A stretch of 64,000 nt of DNA from Octopus sinensis (lineage: Eukaryota). Positions 13,149 through 25,493 of this stretch are shown here, piece by piece. Numbering within the stretch: position 1 is the first letter of the stretch; each line of letters starts with the position of its first letter. The DNA lies in contig NW_021828015.1 in assembly GCF_006345805.1 (NCBI RefSeq), positions 62,001-126,000 of the forward strand, read 5' to 3'. The position numbers and the translations under genes were made by a program. Under the pieces are notes generated by a model, which searched no databases, was not told where the DNA came from, and saw nothing but the letters and a program-made list of their open reading frames with translations.

Positions 13149-14068
13149 CACTCGTACACACACCCAAACACACACACACACATATATATATGAGTGTAGT
13201 ATAGACCTCAGATCGTACGATATCCAGAATGATAGCATTTACAGATCTACTGCAATATCTAAAAATGCAGTAAAGTTGCAGAAGATGGTAACGACTTATT
13301 TCAAACTTAGAAGCTTTTCTTTTAATATGGAGAGATTGGTGCAAAGATAGTAACCAGTTAATTCTCCACAGATACATTTTACCATTTTTTTTTTTTGTTT
13401 TCTCCGTTTCTGTGTGTATGTGTGCAGCATATGTAGTGAGTGGAACATTGGTGAGACTATGCTCTGCTAAAATATAGCACAGATAAATCTAAGCCAGCTT
13501 TTGAAAGAGTTTATTTTTGCAGAGAAGATATATTGAAAGAGAGAGAAAGAGAGAGAGAGAGAGGGATGTAAATTTAATTAACCACATGATTTCTATCAAG
13601 GCACATCTAAAGGTTAATTTTATTTCGAGATGGTTTTCTTTGTTAATATGCAGAAACTAATATAAAAAGACAGCTTTGCATATGGTTCCTGATAGAAGCA
13701 TGGATTGCACAAAGGTCAATGATATTTATTTTCTGCTGCCATGGAATGTAGATAAGAGAAAGTCTGTTCTAACTTGTTTTTCAATATCAAAGCTAAGTCT
13801 TTAAACTATTTATCTTTTCTGCAGACAAACAGACAGACAAAATGCTTTAGCAGGAGATAGGGAAATCGATAGAGAACAGAGTGAGTGGTTCTACTTTCAG
13901 TTGGCATTGACCCAATATGGAAACTTCCAAATACTTGCTTTATCTGCTAAATGTAGCAACAAAACCTCCCATAGCATAATAACTGTTGTCTATAATATGG
14001 GAGGCCAAAATGTTTTAAATCCCAATCTCTTAGGTCACAATTGATACCAGATTCTCTCTCTCATCTCT

Positions 14069-14106
<38 letters not shown>

Positions 14107-14914
14107 CTCATGTGACATGCCTACAAGCATTGACTGCCTTGGCTTTCTATACAAAAGTCTGACAATTCCTGACTTTTCTAGCAGTAGATAAAACAGTGAC
14201 TTTTCATTCCCCTCTGCTGCCAGTCTATTTACAAAGTATTTTGATAGTTTCCTGCTCTCCCCAGCTTACCCCTGAGGCAAAAAAATCTATTTAAGCCTAA
14301 GGAAAAAAGAGATTGGTTCACTTGACATCAGGACATATTCACACACTGACAGGCCTGTACAACACATACCTGAGGGCCATCTCTTTTCTGGGAGAGAGAG
14401 TTTGAATCTGGTATGAGCTGTGAGCACCCTGACCTAAGAGTTTGGGATTTAAAACATGTTGGCCTCCCATATCTTAGCCACAGACCTTCCTTATACTCTT
14501 TGGCTCATAACCAAGAAAGAGGACCTTAGCAGGAATAATCACAAAACATTCCAAAACTAGAAACATTACTCCAATATCCTTTCTACTATAGGCACAAGGG
14601 CTGAAATTTGTGGGGTGGGGGCAAGTCGATTTCATCACCTCCAGCGCTCAACAGGAACTTATTTTATTGATCCCAAAAGAATGATAAATGAAGTCGATCT
14701 TGGCAGCAATTGAATCCAGAATGTAAAGGTAAAATGCTGCTTAGCATTTTTCCCAATGTGCTAATGATTCTGCCAGTTAGGATGTTCACTTTACAATGAT
14801 ACAGGTGGAGACTGCCTGTACACAAGCATACACACACATGCTATTATTTCATTTTACACACATGCACTTTTGGTTCCTCTAGCCCTATTCACTCCTGTAT
14901 ATTCACTTTGTATC

Positions 14915-15571
14915 TTAACCTTTTAACATTCAGATTACTTAGTCAAATGTAATGCTTATTTATTCCCATTGTAACTAGCACTCATGTGCCAGTGGCATGT
15001 AAAAAGCATCCTTTGAACGTTAGGCAATATGCTATGCTTGAGATGACCTGTCAAATCAAGTGAAATAATAGTCATGACCAACGCCATTGTTGCATACCTA
15101 GCGCTAAAAAGCACCCTCTGATCTTTGGGCCTTATAGAATCAGTGACAAGTGACCGAGACCATTGGCAATATGCTGTGCTTGAGAAGACCCATCAAGCCA
15201 AATGAGATCGTAGTTGGACCTGGTACCGGTGTTTTGTAACCGGCACCCAGAACACTCTTGGAGTGGTCGACATTAGGAAAGGCATCCAGCAGTAGAAACC
15301 ATGCCAAATCAGATTGGAACCTAGTGCAGCTCCTTGGCTTATCAGTTCTCAGTCAAACCATCCAATCCATGCCGGCATGAAAAGCAGACATTAAATGATA
15401 ATGAGGAGGAAGAATTTGAATTAATCATGGATTATCTCATAGCTTTGAGATTTCAATGATGTGATTGTTTACTTTTAAAATTACTATATTAGGTAGATGC
15501 GCGAGGCCAAATCTGGCTGGTTTGAACATTAAATGGGTAGGATATTTGGGCCTGATATGCTAAAAGGTTAA
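14915..15571. mobile_element. TTAA-flanked piggyBac-like MITE interrupted by an RTE 3'-tail insertion (~14972-15410)
   Basis: TTAA-CCTTTTAACAT ... ATGCTAAAAGG-TTAA. Confidence 0.65.
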
Positions 15572-15900
15572 ACAAGAAGAGCAGTGATGGAAATGAAACA
15601 GTGGTGCATAGGAGGATCGTATTCCCCTACTCTTTAAGGGAGTACCATCTTTTTATTATGTTTGGTTATGTTAAAAACAATTTTACGTTAATTTGAGGGG
15701 TTACTCTATATACTTGACAGAAGAGGTGAGTGCTTATAGCATTTAGCAATCTCTTCTTCTCAACATCAGCTTAATGGATCTTAGTGTACTCTTAGTTCTT
15801 AAAACTTATTTACCACTGCTTCTAGCAATATCTGGTTAAGGAGATCTGTGTGTAAGTCCAATGGACATGGACAAACACACACACAAGCATGTGCATGTTG

Positions 15901-15938
<38 letters not shown>

Positions 15939-16104
15939 AATGATCTTATGCATAGACCCCGGGCAGGATTTGAACTCAAGTTGAAACAATAATGAGTGTT
16001 GGATTGAATGCCTTGTGGTATTTGATCTGACTCTTTCCACTTTGAGTTCAAATCCTGCCAAGGTCAACTTTACCTTTTACCTCCTCAGGGTCAATAAAAT
16101 AAGA

Positions 16105-16520
16105 TACTGCAAAAACCCATGTAATTTATGCATGTTTTTCACAAAAACAAAAATAAACTTTAACGGGTGTGTAAATTACATGAGTAGATTGTTTCCGGAA
16201 TATTTTTAGAATTTTTTTTTGCTTTTTGTTTTTGTTTATTATAAACAATACAAACTATTCGTAATTTAATTCAATGTGATACCTGTTAAACAGAAATTAT
16301 TTTTATTTAATGAAAATTTAACAAAATCTGATCAATAAGTAAGTGAAATTATGCTAAATACAACTAAATTGAAAACCTTTTTTTCCCTGGCTATATCAAA
16401 AATTCTGAAAACATTTGGATGTGAATTTTACATGAGTAGAAGATTTTCTTAACAATTTTTATCTTGAAAATCACCTGTATAAATTACACAGGTGCACAAA
16501 TTACATGGGTTTTTATGGTA
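16105..16520. mobile_element. Tc1/mariner-superfamily MITE
   Basis: ~28-bp TIRs TACTGCAAAAACCCATGTAATTTATGCA / TGCACAAATTACATGGGTTTTTATGGTA with TA ends. Confidence 0.7.
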
Positions 16521-16733
16521 ATGATTTTTTTTTTCAAATGCTTGTGGAATGAATGAAATGGAATCTGAGAAAGAAATCCAGTTGAAATATTTGCAACCAA
16601 AAATCAACTGAAATCAAAGATCACACACTATTTTGGATTTTGATTTGTAGTAGGGGTTACAACTTTAGAATATAAAAGATTGTAAAAGTAAAAAAAAAAA
16701 AAATTTAAATAAAAAAAAAAACATCCAGCCAAC

Positions 16734-16841
16734 CTGCAGTCTGTATTTTGGTCTTCTGATGGGAGAACAAAGTTCTCTTCAACAATGGTAGGGACGATGT
16801 TCATGTTACACCTCATTTGTATTGGGTTTGTAGTGCCAGAT
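16734..16841 (-). CDS. CFAP221: CFAP221-like exon G (108 nt, phase 2-2): SGTTNPIQMRCNMNIVPTIVEENFVLPSEDQNTDC(R)
   Basis: Acceptor ttttattgaggacag, donor CAG|gttggc. MNIVPTIVEENF resembles the recalled VMLTPEMIKVEF. Confidence 0.75.
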
Positions 16842-17053
16842 CTGTCCTCAATAAAAAGAAAATACAAAATGAAACAATCACAATAAGGGGCTTTCTTATT
16901 TAAGTACAGGCTCAATGCAGCAGAGATAGCACTTTTGGGTAAGTATCTTCTACTGAAGGCTTAGAGTTGAGCAATAGTTAGAGAGTAAAATTTGGTAAAT
17001 GATAATTGTACATAAATCAATCAGATATATATATATAGAAGACCAAATGGATG

Positions 17054-17137
17054 GACCCTGATGAAACTGCACTGACAATATTGCAATGTTGCATTTGCAA
17101 CAGTGAGTAGTCGCTGCAGTGGAGACATATGTAGGTC
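17054..17137 (+). ncRNA. Decayed minimal hammerhead motif
   Basis: GACC-CTGATGA-A-ACTGCA..TGCAGT-G-GAGA-CATATG-TA-GGTC. Palindromic ACATATGT, GUA triplet; GAAA mutated to GAGA. Confidence 0.65.
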
Positions 17138-17333
17138 ATTGTAATATGCTACATATAACTATAAAATAAATTTTGTGGACATACATACATACATACATAC
17201 GATCATACATAAATACATACATACATACCTACATACATACCTACATACATACCTACATACATACATAAATACATACATACATACATACAATCATACATAC
17301 AATCATACATACATACATACATACATACATACA

Positions 17334-17367
<34 letters not shown>

Positions 17368-17374
17368 CATATGA

Positions 17375-18208
17375 TGAATAAAGTATTGTCTAAATTACGC
17401 AAAAATGAAAATAACACTGACATCTCATTTCAAAAGATATGTTTACCAAATTTACACAAAAATATCTTGAAATATTAAAGAGTAAATTTATTCAATAAAA
17501 TCATCATTGGTTTCAACTACAGCCTCCAGACAACTTCAGAATTCTCTGAAACTCTTTTGAATGGGCTCCTTGTTTAAATAGGTGAATGCTGCCATAATTC
17601 TTGCCTTCAGTTCATCTTTGGTGTTACAAGGGGTTTTGTTTGTCTCTCACTCAACTGTGCTCCACACATAATAATCTAAGAGGTTGCAGTCTGGGGAGTT
17701 AGGTTGTCAGATGTTAGGGGTGATGTGGTGGCAGAAATTGTCTGACAGCCATGACTGGGTTCTTCTGCTTGTGTGGCATGGTGCAGAGTCCTGTTGCCGG
17801 ACATTGGGTCTTCCAGCATCCACCCTCTTGACCCAAGGCAGCACTACTACCTCCGGACACTTGATGTAGGCCTCTATGTTAAGTCTGAGGCTATGTTGGG
17901 AAATGAACGGAGGCATAACATTGCCATCACTAGTGATCACTCCAAACACCATGGCATTGACTGGATGTTTGATTTTTATCCCGCTCCATAGATGTTCATA
18001 TTATTGGAGCTTCCAGCACAAATGCCGAGCAGTACAGTATGTCATTTCCAAATTCCTGGCTGAGTGAAATGCATCATGGTGCTGCTTTTCTCACAGAAGG
18101 TGTCCATCTGACCCTACTATATTGTGTAGTCAACAAAATCAAAAACAATGTGTATGCGCAAAATTAAAAATATAAAATGGCGACAATTTACCCATCACAC
18201 CTTGTATA
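17375..18208 (-). mobile_element. maT (DD37D) transposase fossil
   Basis: MVFGVITSDG...QQDSAPCH...I*QPNSPDCNLLDYYVW; 37 residues between the last two catalytic aspartates; in-frame stops. Confidence 0.85.
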
Positions 18209-18883
18209 CACACACACACACACACATACACATGCACACACACACATATACACATACACACACACACCCATATGCAAACACATACACACACACCCCTTTA
18301 TATTGATTTTTACAAGGCTGACAATGACATATTCTTGGCTTACTCACTTTCATAAGATTGTGGCTAATTTTGGTCTTTTAGGCTTAATATATATTGATTG
18401 TTTTTGGCAGGGTATTTTTTTGCTTGCTGTGTCTGTCCACTATTTAACAGTAGCAGAACAGCCCACTTCTTACTTGGGGACGTCCACCACAACACCTACC
18501 CCCTTTGAGATTTTTTGTCTCTTCTTTCAACAGAACAATATATTTTTGTTATTTCTTTTTCTTTGAACCAGAATTATTTCTCTCTTATTATTCAGATTTT
18601 TTTTTTTTGTTCCACACAGAAAAATATATATATTTTTTTCAAAATACTGCAGGTAATACTAGTCTACATTATTACCAGTAGCGCTACTACATATAGCGAC
18701 CTGACTTAAATCTTTCACAGACTTATTATTTTTTGTTCCACACAGAATTACATATTTTTCACTGTGTGTCTATTACTTTTCACTGTGTGAAGTTCAAATC
18801 ACACCTCAAGATTTTTAACATTTTTCCACAGTGTGAGCTCTGAATCCTCGTCGCCACTGATACGTCCTGCATTATGACAATGT

Positions 18884-19181
18884 TTGTTGTTTGTTCCTTC
18901 TCCTGGCTCATAAGGGCCAGTTTCCCGGTTTCCTTGGTGTATAGGTTCTCCACCTGGATGGGACACTGGTCCGTCGCAGGTGAGCTGCAAGATGCAGAAG
19001 GAAAGAGTGAAAGAAAGTTGTGGCAAAAGAGTCAGCAGAAGTTCACCATTACTTTCTGCCGAAGCAGCGTGGAGCTTAGGTGTTTTGCTCATAAACACAC
19101 ACATCGCTCGGTCTGAGATTCGAAACTGTGATCCCTCAACCACGAGTCCGTTGCTCTAACCACTAGGCCATGTGCCTCCAC
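18884..19181 (-). mobile_element. tRNA-derived SINE with target-site duplication; relative at ~4415-4652(-)
   Basis: Head GGAGGCACATGGCCTAGTGGTTAG..GTTTCGAATC; TSD CATTATGACAA at 18870-18880 and 19182-19192. Confidence 0.85.
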
Positions 19182-20478
19182 CATTATGACAACGTAACTT
19201 CATCGTCTGCATAACAGTCCTGAACAGCATATTTCACTGACCGACACTGCTTGCTGTGTCTGTCCACTATTTAACAGTAGTGGAACAGCCCACTTCTCAC
19301 TTGGAGGCATCTGCCACAACAATATTTTATTGCTTAATAAGGAAACAGGACAATGCTTATGTTCCTTAACAGGGTCTCAGTTGCGAGTGTCCATGCTAGG
19401 TCTCAAACCAGTGACCTAGCAGGACTATTTCCAGCAGCAGGGTCACCTCTACAACAGGCACCACCCAAAGACCAGGTGTTGGTGTTAAACTGGGAAACAG
19501 GTTAAGTCTACCATTCAAATAGTTCCCGGTGGGATTTGAACTTAGAATGCAGATGAGTGGAACAAACACTACAATAGGGGCCAACATTTTACAGTCCCCT
19601 GCTCTAGTGTGGTACTTCATTTAATCAACCTTGAAATCACAAACAGTGGTGCACTAGGGAGGGGTGGTAGCAGAACACTGAGTATAAATCAACCAATCGC
19701 GGTAGTCAGTTTGCAACAATGTGACTCAGATGGTTGTGTCCACACCAGAGGGACTTCAGGCATGTGCCCCATGTATATATCCATGCCTCCTGTGAGTTAA
19801 CACCTTCCAATCCATGCAACTCTTGGATGAAGGGTTTTTATGTGAGGGTGCTGATAAGTGGTCACTCAGGCTGCTAGAAATAACAGCTAAATCTCTTGCA
19901 AATTGTACAGTACTATCTTACAGCAAGAAAGATATACTGAGTAATTGCAGAACAAGGAAATTTACTTCTCATCATCTTGAAAATTTCTATATTGATAGTT
20001 ACGTTTGTTTCAGTTTTTGGTAGGCATTTTTTTGATTTTTAAAAAGAATAATTTTTTTTTGTTTTTTTATTTTGCTTATGCATTTTCGTGCATAAATCTA
20101 TGTGTGTACATATTGTGTAAGTGTATGAGTGTGTAAAGAAATTGTGTGTGTGCGTGTGCAAATGTTTGTAAAAGTATGTGTGTACAAGTGAATGCATGTG
20201 AGTGTGGAATGTATGTATGTATGTGCAACTGTGTGTAAATATGTGTATGACAATGCATGCAAATGCATGTAAGTGTGTATATGTATATACATGCATGTGT
20301 GTGAGCATGTGCACTTGTGTATGCACACATGTATGAATATGTATGAATGTGTGTGTGTGTATGCAAATATATGTGTGTGTGTGTATGAATATGCAAGTAT
20401 GTGTGAATGCATGCATGTATGAACATGTGTGAATTTGTGTGTGCATGTGTGTGTGTGTGTGAATTTGTGTGTGCATGA

Positions 20479-20519
<41 letters not shown>

Positions 20520-20699
20520 TGTATGTAATTTAAAATTTAAACAAAAAATTCCTAAATAGATTAGAATATTTCTCCAAACATCAGTATTTTATCTAAACAA
20601 CAGGGAATTAATGACAAATGAATATAAAACAAAAAATTTGAATACATAAACATTGAAATGGAAATTATCGTTATCCTGATAATTAATAATCATTGTCTG

Positions 20700-20757
<58 letters not shown>

Positions 20758-20894
20758 GTGTCATCATCATTATCACCAACATTATTATTGTCATTGTCTT
20801 CATAATTTTTGCCATCATTATCATCATCACCATCACTGCTGTAACTGATATCGTTGTTGTCATCACCGCGATCACCATCGCTGCTACAACTGCC

Positions 20895-20925
<31 letters not shown>

Positions 20926-21606
20926 CCATCATCACTGTCATCATAATCATTGTCATCATCATCATTATCACTATCATCGCCATTTCAATTTGCATCGTTT
21001 TTATATCTAAACTCAATGTGTTTTGGGTATTGGTTTTGTCTTCCATCTGTTGCCCTTGTGGCAAAATAATAAAAGCAGAGTGCTCGAAGAAATGTATTTC
21101 TTCCCATTCTTTACATTCTGAGTTTTCAATTTCACTCAGCTCAATTTTCTCTTTTATTCCTCAAAGGTTCATAAAATACAATATCAGTCAAGTAAAATCA
21201 ACTACTTCCTCTTTCTCCCTCTCTCTTCAAAATTGCTGGCCTTGTAGCTAAATCAGAAACCACTATTATTATTATGGCAAGCTGGCAGAGTCTTTAGGGC
21301 ATCAGACAACACAGGAGCCTTTCTTCCAGCTTTTATCCATTCTGAATTGAAATTCCACCAAGGTTGACTTTGCCTCTCATTCTTTAGGTTTTGATAAAAT
21401 AAGAACCAGTCAAGCACTGATGGTAATCATCATCATTTAATATCTGTTGTCCATGCTGGCATGGGTTGGATGATTTGACTGGGCTGGCACACTGGAAGGC
21501 TGCACCAAGCTCCAGTCTGATTTGGCATGATTTTTTATGGCTAGATGCCCTTCCTAATACCAACCACTCCAAAAATGTAATGGGTGCTTTTACGCACCAA
21601 CAGCAT

Positions 21607-22048
21607 GGGTGCCATTTGCGTGACACTGGTATCTGCCATGACTGTGATTTTGCTCCGGTGCCCATTCGCAGGACACCAGTATCTGCCACGACTGCAATTC
21701 TGCACCAGTGCCATTTGCAGGACAGTGGTACCTGCAATGACTGCAATTTTGCATCAGTGCCATTCGCAGGACACCAGTATCTGCCACGACTGCGATTCTG
21801 CACCAGTGTCATTTGCAGGACAGTGGTATCTGCCACAACTGCGATTTTGCAACGGTGCCATTGGCAGGACACCAGTATCTGCCACGACTGCGATTCTGCA
21901 CTGGTGCCATTGGCAGGACACCAGTATCTGCCACAACTGCAATTCTGCACCAGTGCCATTTGCAGGACAGTTGTATCTGCCACAACTGCAATTTTGCACC
22001 GGTGCCATTTGCAGGACACCGGTATCTGCCATGACTGTGATTTTGCAT
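21607..22048. repeat. 49-bp minisatellite, ~9 copies, inside an RTE 3' tail
   Basis: Unit ~GGACACCAGTATCTGCCACGACTGCGATTCTGCACCAGTGCCATTTGCA; starts at 21671, 21720, 21769 and onward. Confidence 0.9.
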
Positions 22049-22127
22049 TCAAAATCTGTGTATCTCTTCCAGGTGGTGCTATTAAATTATATATGCCCAT
22101 CCCGCTCAAATGGTCCTTGAATACAGG

Positions 22128-22437
22128 TTAAGGATGTTGAACGAAATACCCATGTTTCCATAGGTGAATTATTCAAACTCCAAAGAATCCCTCTCAACAC
22201 ATGGCTATGATGCTCCCCCACTACTTCCACTCATGATCAGAGATGCACATATTGTCAGCCACCAAGGGACATGCTCAACTGGTTAAGGTGAAACAACTGA
22301 CAAGCAAATCTATGGCATTGAGCAGAATATTTGCTGTAGCCCATCTTTTATACCAAACAAAAGAATGTACATGGTAACACTTCCAATCAGTTAAGATCAG
22401 AAGCCATTTGAGCCAGTGCCTGATACTGCATCAGGGC
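22128..22437 (-). mobile_element. Element A partial copy
   Basis: Matches 6697-7005 and abuts a trinucleotide array. Confidence 0.8.
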
Positions 22438-22539
22438 TTGTTGTTGTTGTTATTTATAATAATAACAATAATAATAATAATAATCATTATTATTATTATT
22501 ATTATTATATTATTATTATATTATTATTATTATCATATG

Positions 22540-22995
22540 AAAACTCACAGCTTATGTTGCTGGGTATGATGGAAAGTGTCAGCTGTCCACAGCCAGCAAA
22601 CTATGGTGACACTTGTTTACTGGTCATGTTTCAAGAACCCTGTGAAGAATTTTTTCAGTTCCAAGCAATGCTGATTTTCATAGGTGTTCTACGTTCACAC
22701 TTGCACCAATCTTTTTCAGCCATGCTGGTAGTTGAGTGCTGATACTTCCAAGTGCACCAATTACTATTGGTATCACATCTACTCCCTTCATTGACCCGCA
22801 ACCTTCGTATTTCTCACTTTAAATCATCATAGTTGTTCATTTCTTCTTATTCTTCTTTTTTCACATTATGTTGTTACCAGGGCATGCTATGTAAATTATC
22901 ATACATGTTCTTTCTTTTTTATTTACCACAACAATGTCCGGTTTCCAATGTCTGGTCAGGGGATTGCACTGGATCATTGCATCCCACAGGATTTT
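22540..22995 (-). mobile_element. Degenerate R4/Dong-like 3' fragment
   Basis: Minus strand encodes a decayed IPIVIGALGSI-type motif; between (ATT)n runs. Confidence 0.55.
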
Positions 22996-23609
22996 GCAAT
23001 ATTATTTATTATTATAATCATCATTATTGTTATTAAGGCAGCAAGCTGGTAAAATCATAAGCACACCACACAGAATGCTTATGTTCTCAGTTCAAATTCC
23101 ACTGAGGTCAACTTTGCCTTTCATCCTTTCAGAGTCAATGAAATAAGTACCAGTTGTGCACTGGGGTTGACGTAATTGACTAACTTCCTCCCACCAAATC
23201 CTCAGGTTTATATTAGAAAAGATTATTATTATTACCTCCGCCTAAGTGAAGGTGTAGGTATTGTTTTCAATCACATTTGTTTGTTTGTTCATGGACAAGA
23301 TAACTGAAGAATCGCTGGATGGATTCAGATGAAACTTTTAGGGATGTTTGGCCTCATAACTGGCACAAGCCTATTAGGTTTTGGGCTCAATCCAATTCCA
23401 GACAAGGATTCTGGATCATTTTTCCATTTTTTTACTTAATTGTTGAAAGCAGTTAGGTTCATTTTTCGTGTTTTCATTTGTGAGTGCAGTCAAGTTTATT
23501 TAGGATATCCTCATTTTAAAAATCATCTCTGGCTAATCGTTGAGAGGATGTTGGTATTCTCTTGGCCGAGGTTTGCACTCTCTGAGTGCTCTTGTTGTTA
23601 TTATTATTA

Positions 23610-23642
<33 letters not shown>

Positions 23643-24844
23643 CATTATTATTATTATTCTTTTCTACTTTAAGCACAAGGCATGAAATTGGGGTGGGGGC
23701 AGTCGGTTAGATCAACCCCAGTATGCAACTGGTACTTAATTTATCGACCCCAAAAGGATGAAAGGCAAAGTCGACCTTGATGGAATTTGAACTCAGAATT
23801 TAAACACAGACGAATTACTGCTAAGCATTTCGCCCAGCGTGCTAACGTTTCTGCCAGCTCACTGCCTTGTTATTATTATATTATTATTATTATTATCATT
23901 ATTATTATTATTCTTTTCTACTTTAAGCACAAGGCATGAAATTGGGGTGGGGGCAGTCGGTTAGATCAACCCCAGTATGCAACTGGTACTTAATTTATCG
24001 ACCCCAAAAGGATGAAAGGCAAAGTCGACCTTGATGGAATTTGAACTCAGAATTTAAACACAGACGAATTACTGCTAAGCATTTCGCCCAGCGTGCTAAC
24101 GTTTCTGCCAGCTCACTGCCTTGTTATTATTAATATTATTATTACCTCATATAAGGTGGTGAGCTGGCAGAGTCATTAGCACGCAGAATGAAATGCTTAG
24201 TGGTATTTCGCCCATCTTTATGTTCTGAGTTCAAATACTGCCAAGGTCAACTTTGCTTTTCATTCTTTTGGGGTCAATAAATTAAGTACCAGTGAAATTC
24301 TAGGGACAATATAAGCAACTAGATCCCCTTCCCCTAAAATTTCAGGCCTTGTGCCTATGATACTCTCCTTTACTCTTTTACTTGTTTCAGTCGTTTGACT
24401 GCAGCCATGCTGGAGCACCACCTTTAGTCGAGCAAATTGACCCCAGGAATTATTCTTTGTAAGCCTAGTACATATTCTATCGGTCTCTTTTGCTGAACTG
24501 CTAAGTTACGGGGACATAAACACACCAGTATCAGTTGTCAAGCGATGTTTGGGTGGGTGGGGACAAACACAAACACACACACATATATATACATATACAT
24601 ATATACGACGGGCTTCTTTCAGTTTCCTTCTACCATTCCACTAACAAGGCTTTGGTCGGTCCGAGGCTATAATAGAAGACACTTGCCCAAGGTGTCATGC
24701 AGTGGGATTGAACCCAGAACCATGCGGTTGGTAAGCAAGCTACTTACCACACAACCACTCCTGCCCCTATATGATAGAAAGGGTTATTATTTCTTCATAT
24801 ACACACAACAGATTAAACTGCTGGAAAAGAAAAGTTCCTAACAT

Positions 24845-24985
24845 CGGGCTACAGCAAGTAACCTTAGACACCAAGAACCCTCCAAAGTATCCTAGCTGTC
24901 CCTAATAACACTGTTTTCTGGAGCTGCACTAAACTAGGTTTTATGCCAATCTCCTCTATCCATCTATTCAAATCTTTAGGGATAC
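24845..24985 (-). mobile_element. Short R4/Dong-like 3' end
   Basis: IPKDLNRWIEEIGIKPSLVQLQKTVLLGTARILWRVLGV*. Confidence 0.75.
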
Positions 24986-25421
24986 ATTTTGAGTACAGTA
25001 GAGTAGTAGAATTATAAGAGCCCAGGATATAATGACAGCAGGGGGTAATTTGAGGTTTATTTAAGATGGCAATGTTGATACAATGTGGTTTGAAGTAATT
25101 TCTCTGGATAGTGTAATCCAAGGTACACTATGACGGAATAAAAATAAGACTGTCACAGCCAGAATGCTTTTGATGAGAACATGACCCGGGGCTAAGAAAA
25201 AAACAACAACAACAACATTCCAATGACAAAACTTCATCTAATACATACACACATATACATCACTTCACCTATACAAAAATACATACACAGAAACACACTC
25301 ATACACACACACCAAATGGTTTCTTTAGTGAACAAATTATGGTTGGATGTTTTTTTTTTGTTTTTTTTTGTTTTTTTTTATTCTTTTTTTTTTACTCAAA
25401 TATAAATACTAAAAGACTCAC

Positions 25422-25493
25422 GCTGCTAATTCTTTCGCTTCCTCTGGCAACTCCTTCAACAATGGTGGAGGTTTGGCTAATATATATTCAGAT
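25422..25493 (-). CDS. CFAP221: CFAP221-like exon F (72 nt, phase 2-2): SEYILAKPPPLLKELPEEAKELA(A)
   Basis: Strong acceptor tttctttttctctccag, donor GC|gtgagt. Resembles the recalled DVPAILDALPEED motif. Confidence 0.85.

Noticed and set aside
13205-13262. Candidate minus-strand exon, or hammerhead 3' half around ATCGTACGAT
   Set aside because: End phase is incompatible with exon H, the donor is weak, and no 5' catalytic core was found.
18884-19181. tRNA genes at SINE heads
   Set aside because: A and B boxes continue into SINE bodies with TSDs; no complete cloverleaf.
21384-22131. Cys-rich repetitive ORFs, or a CRISPR-like array
   Set aside because: A contiguous 49-bp minisatellite with no unique spacers; the unit length is not a multiple of 3.
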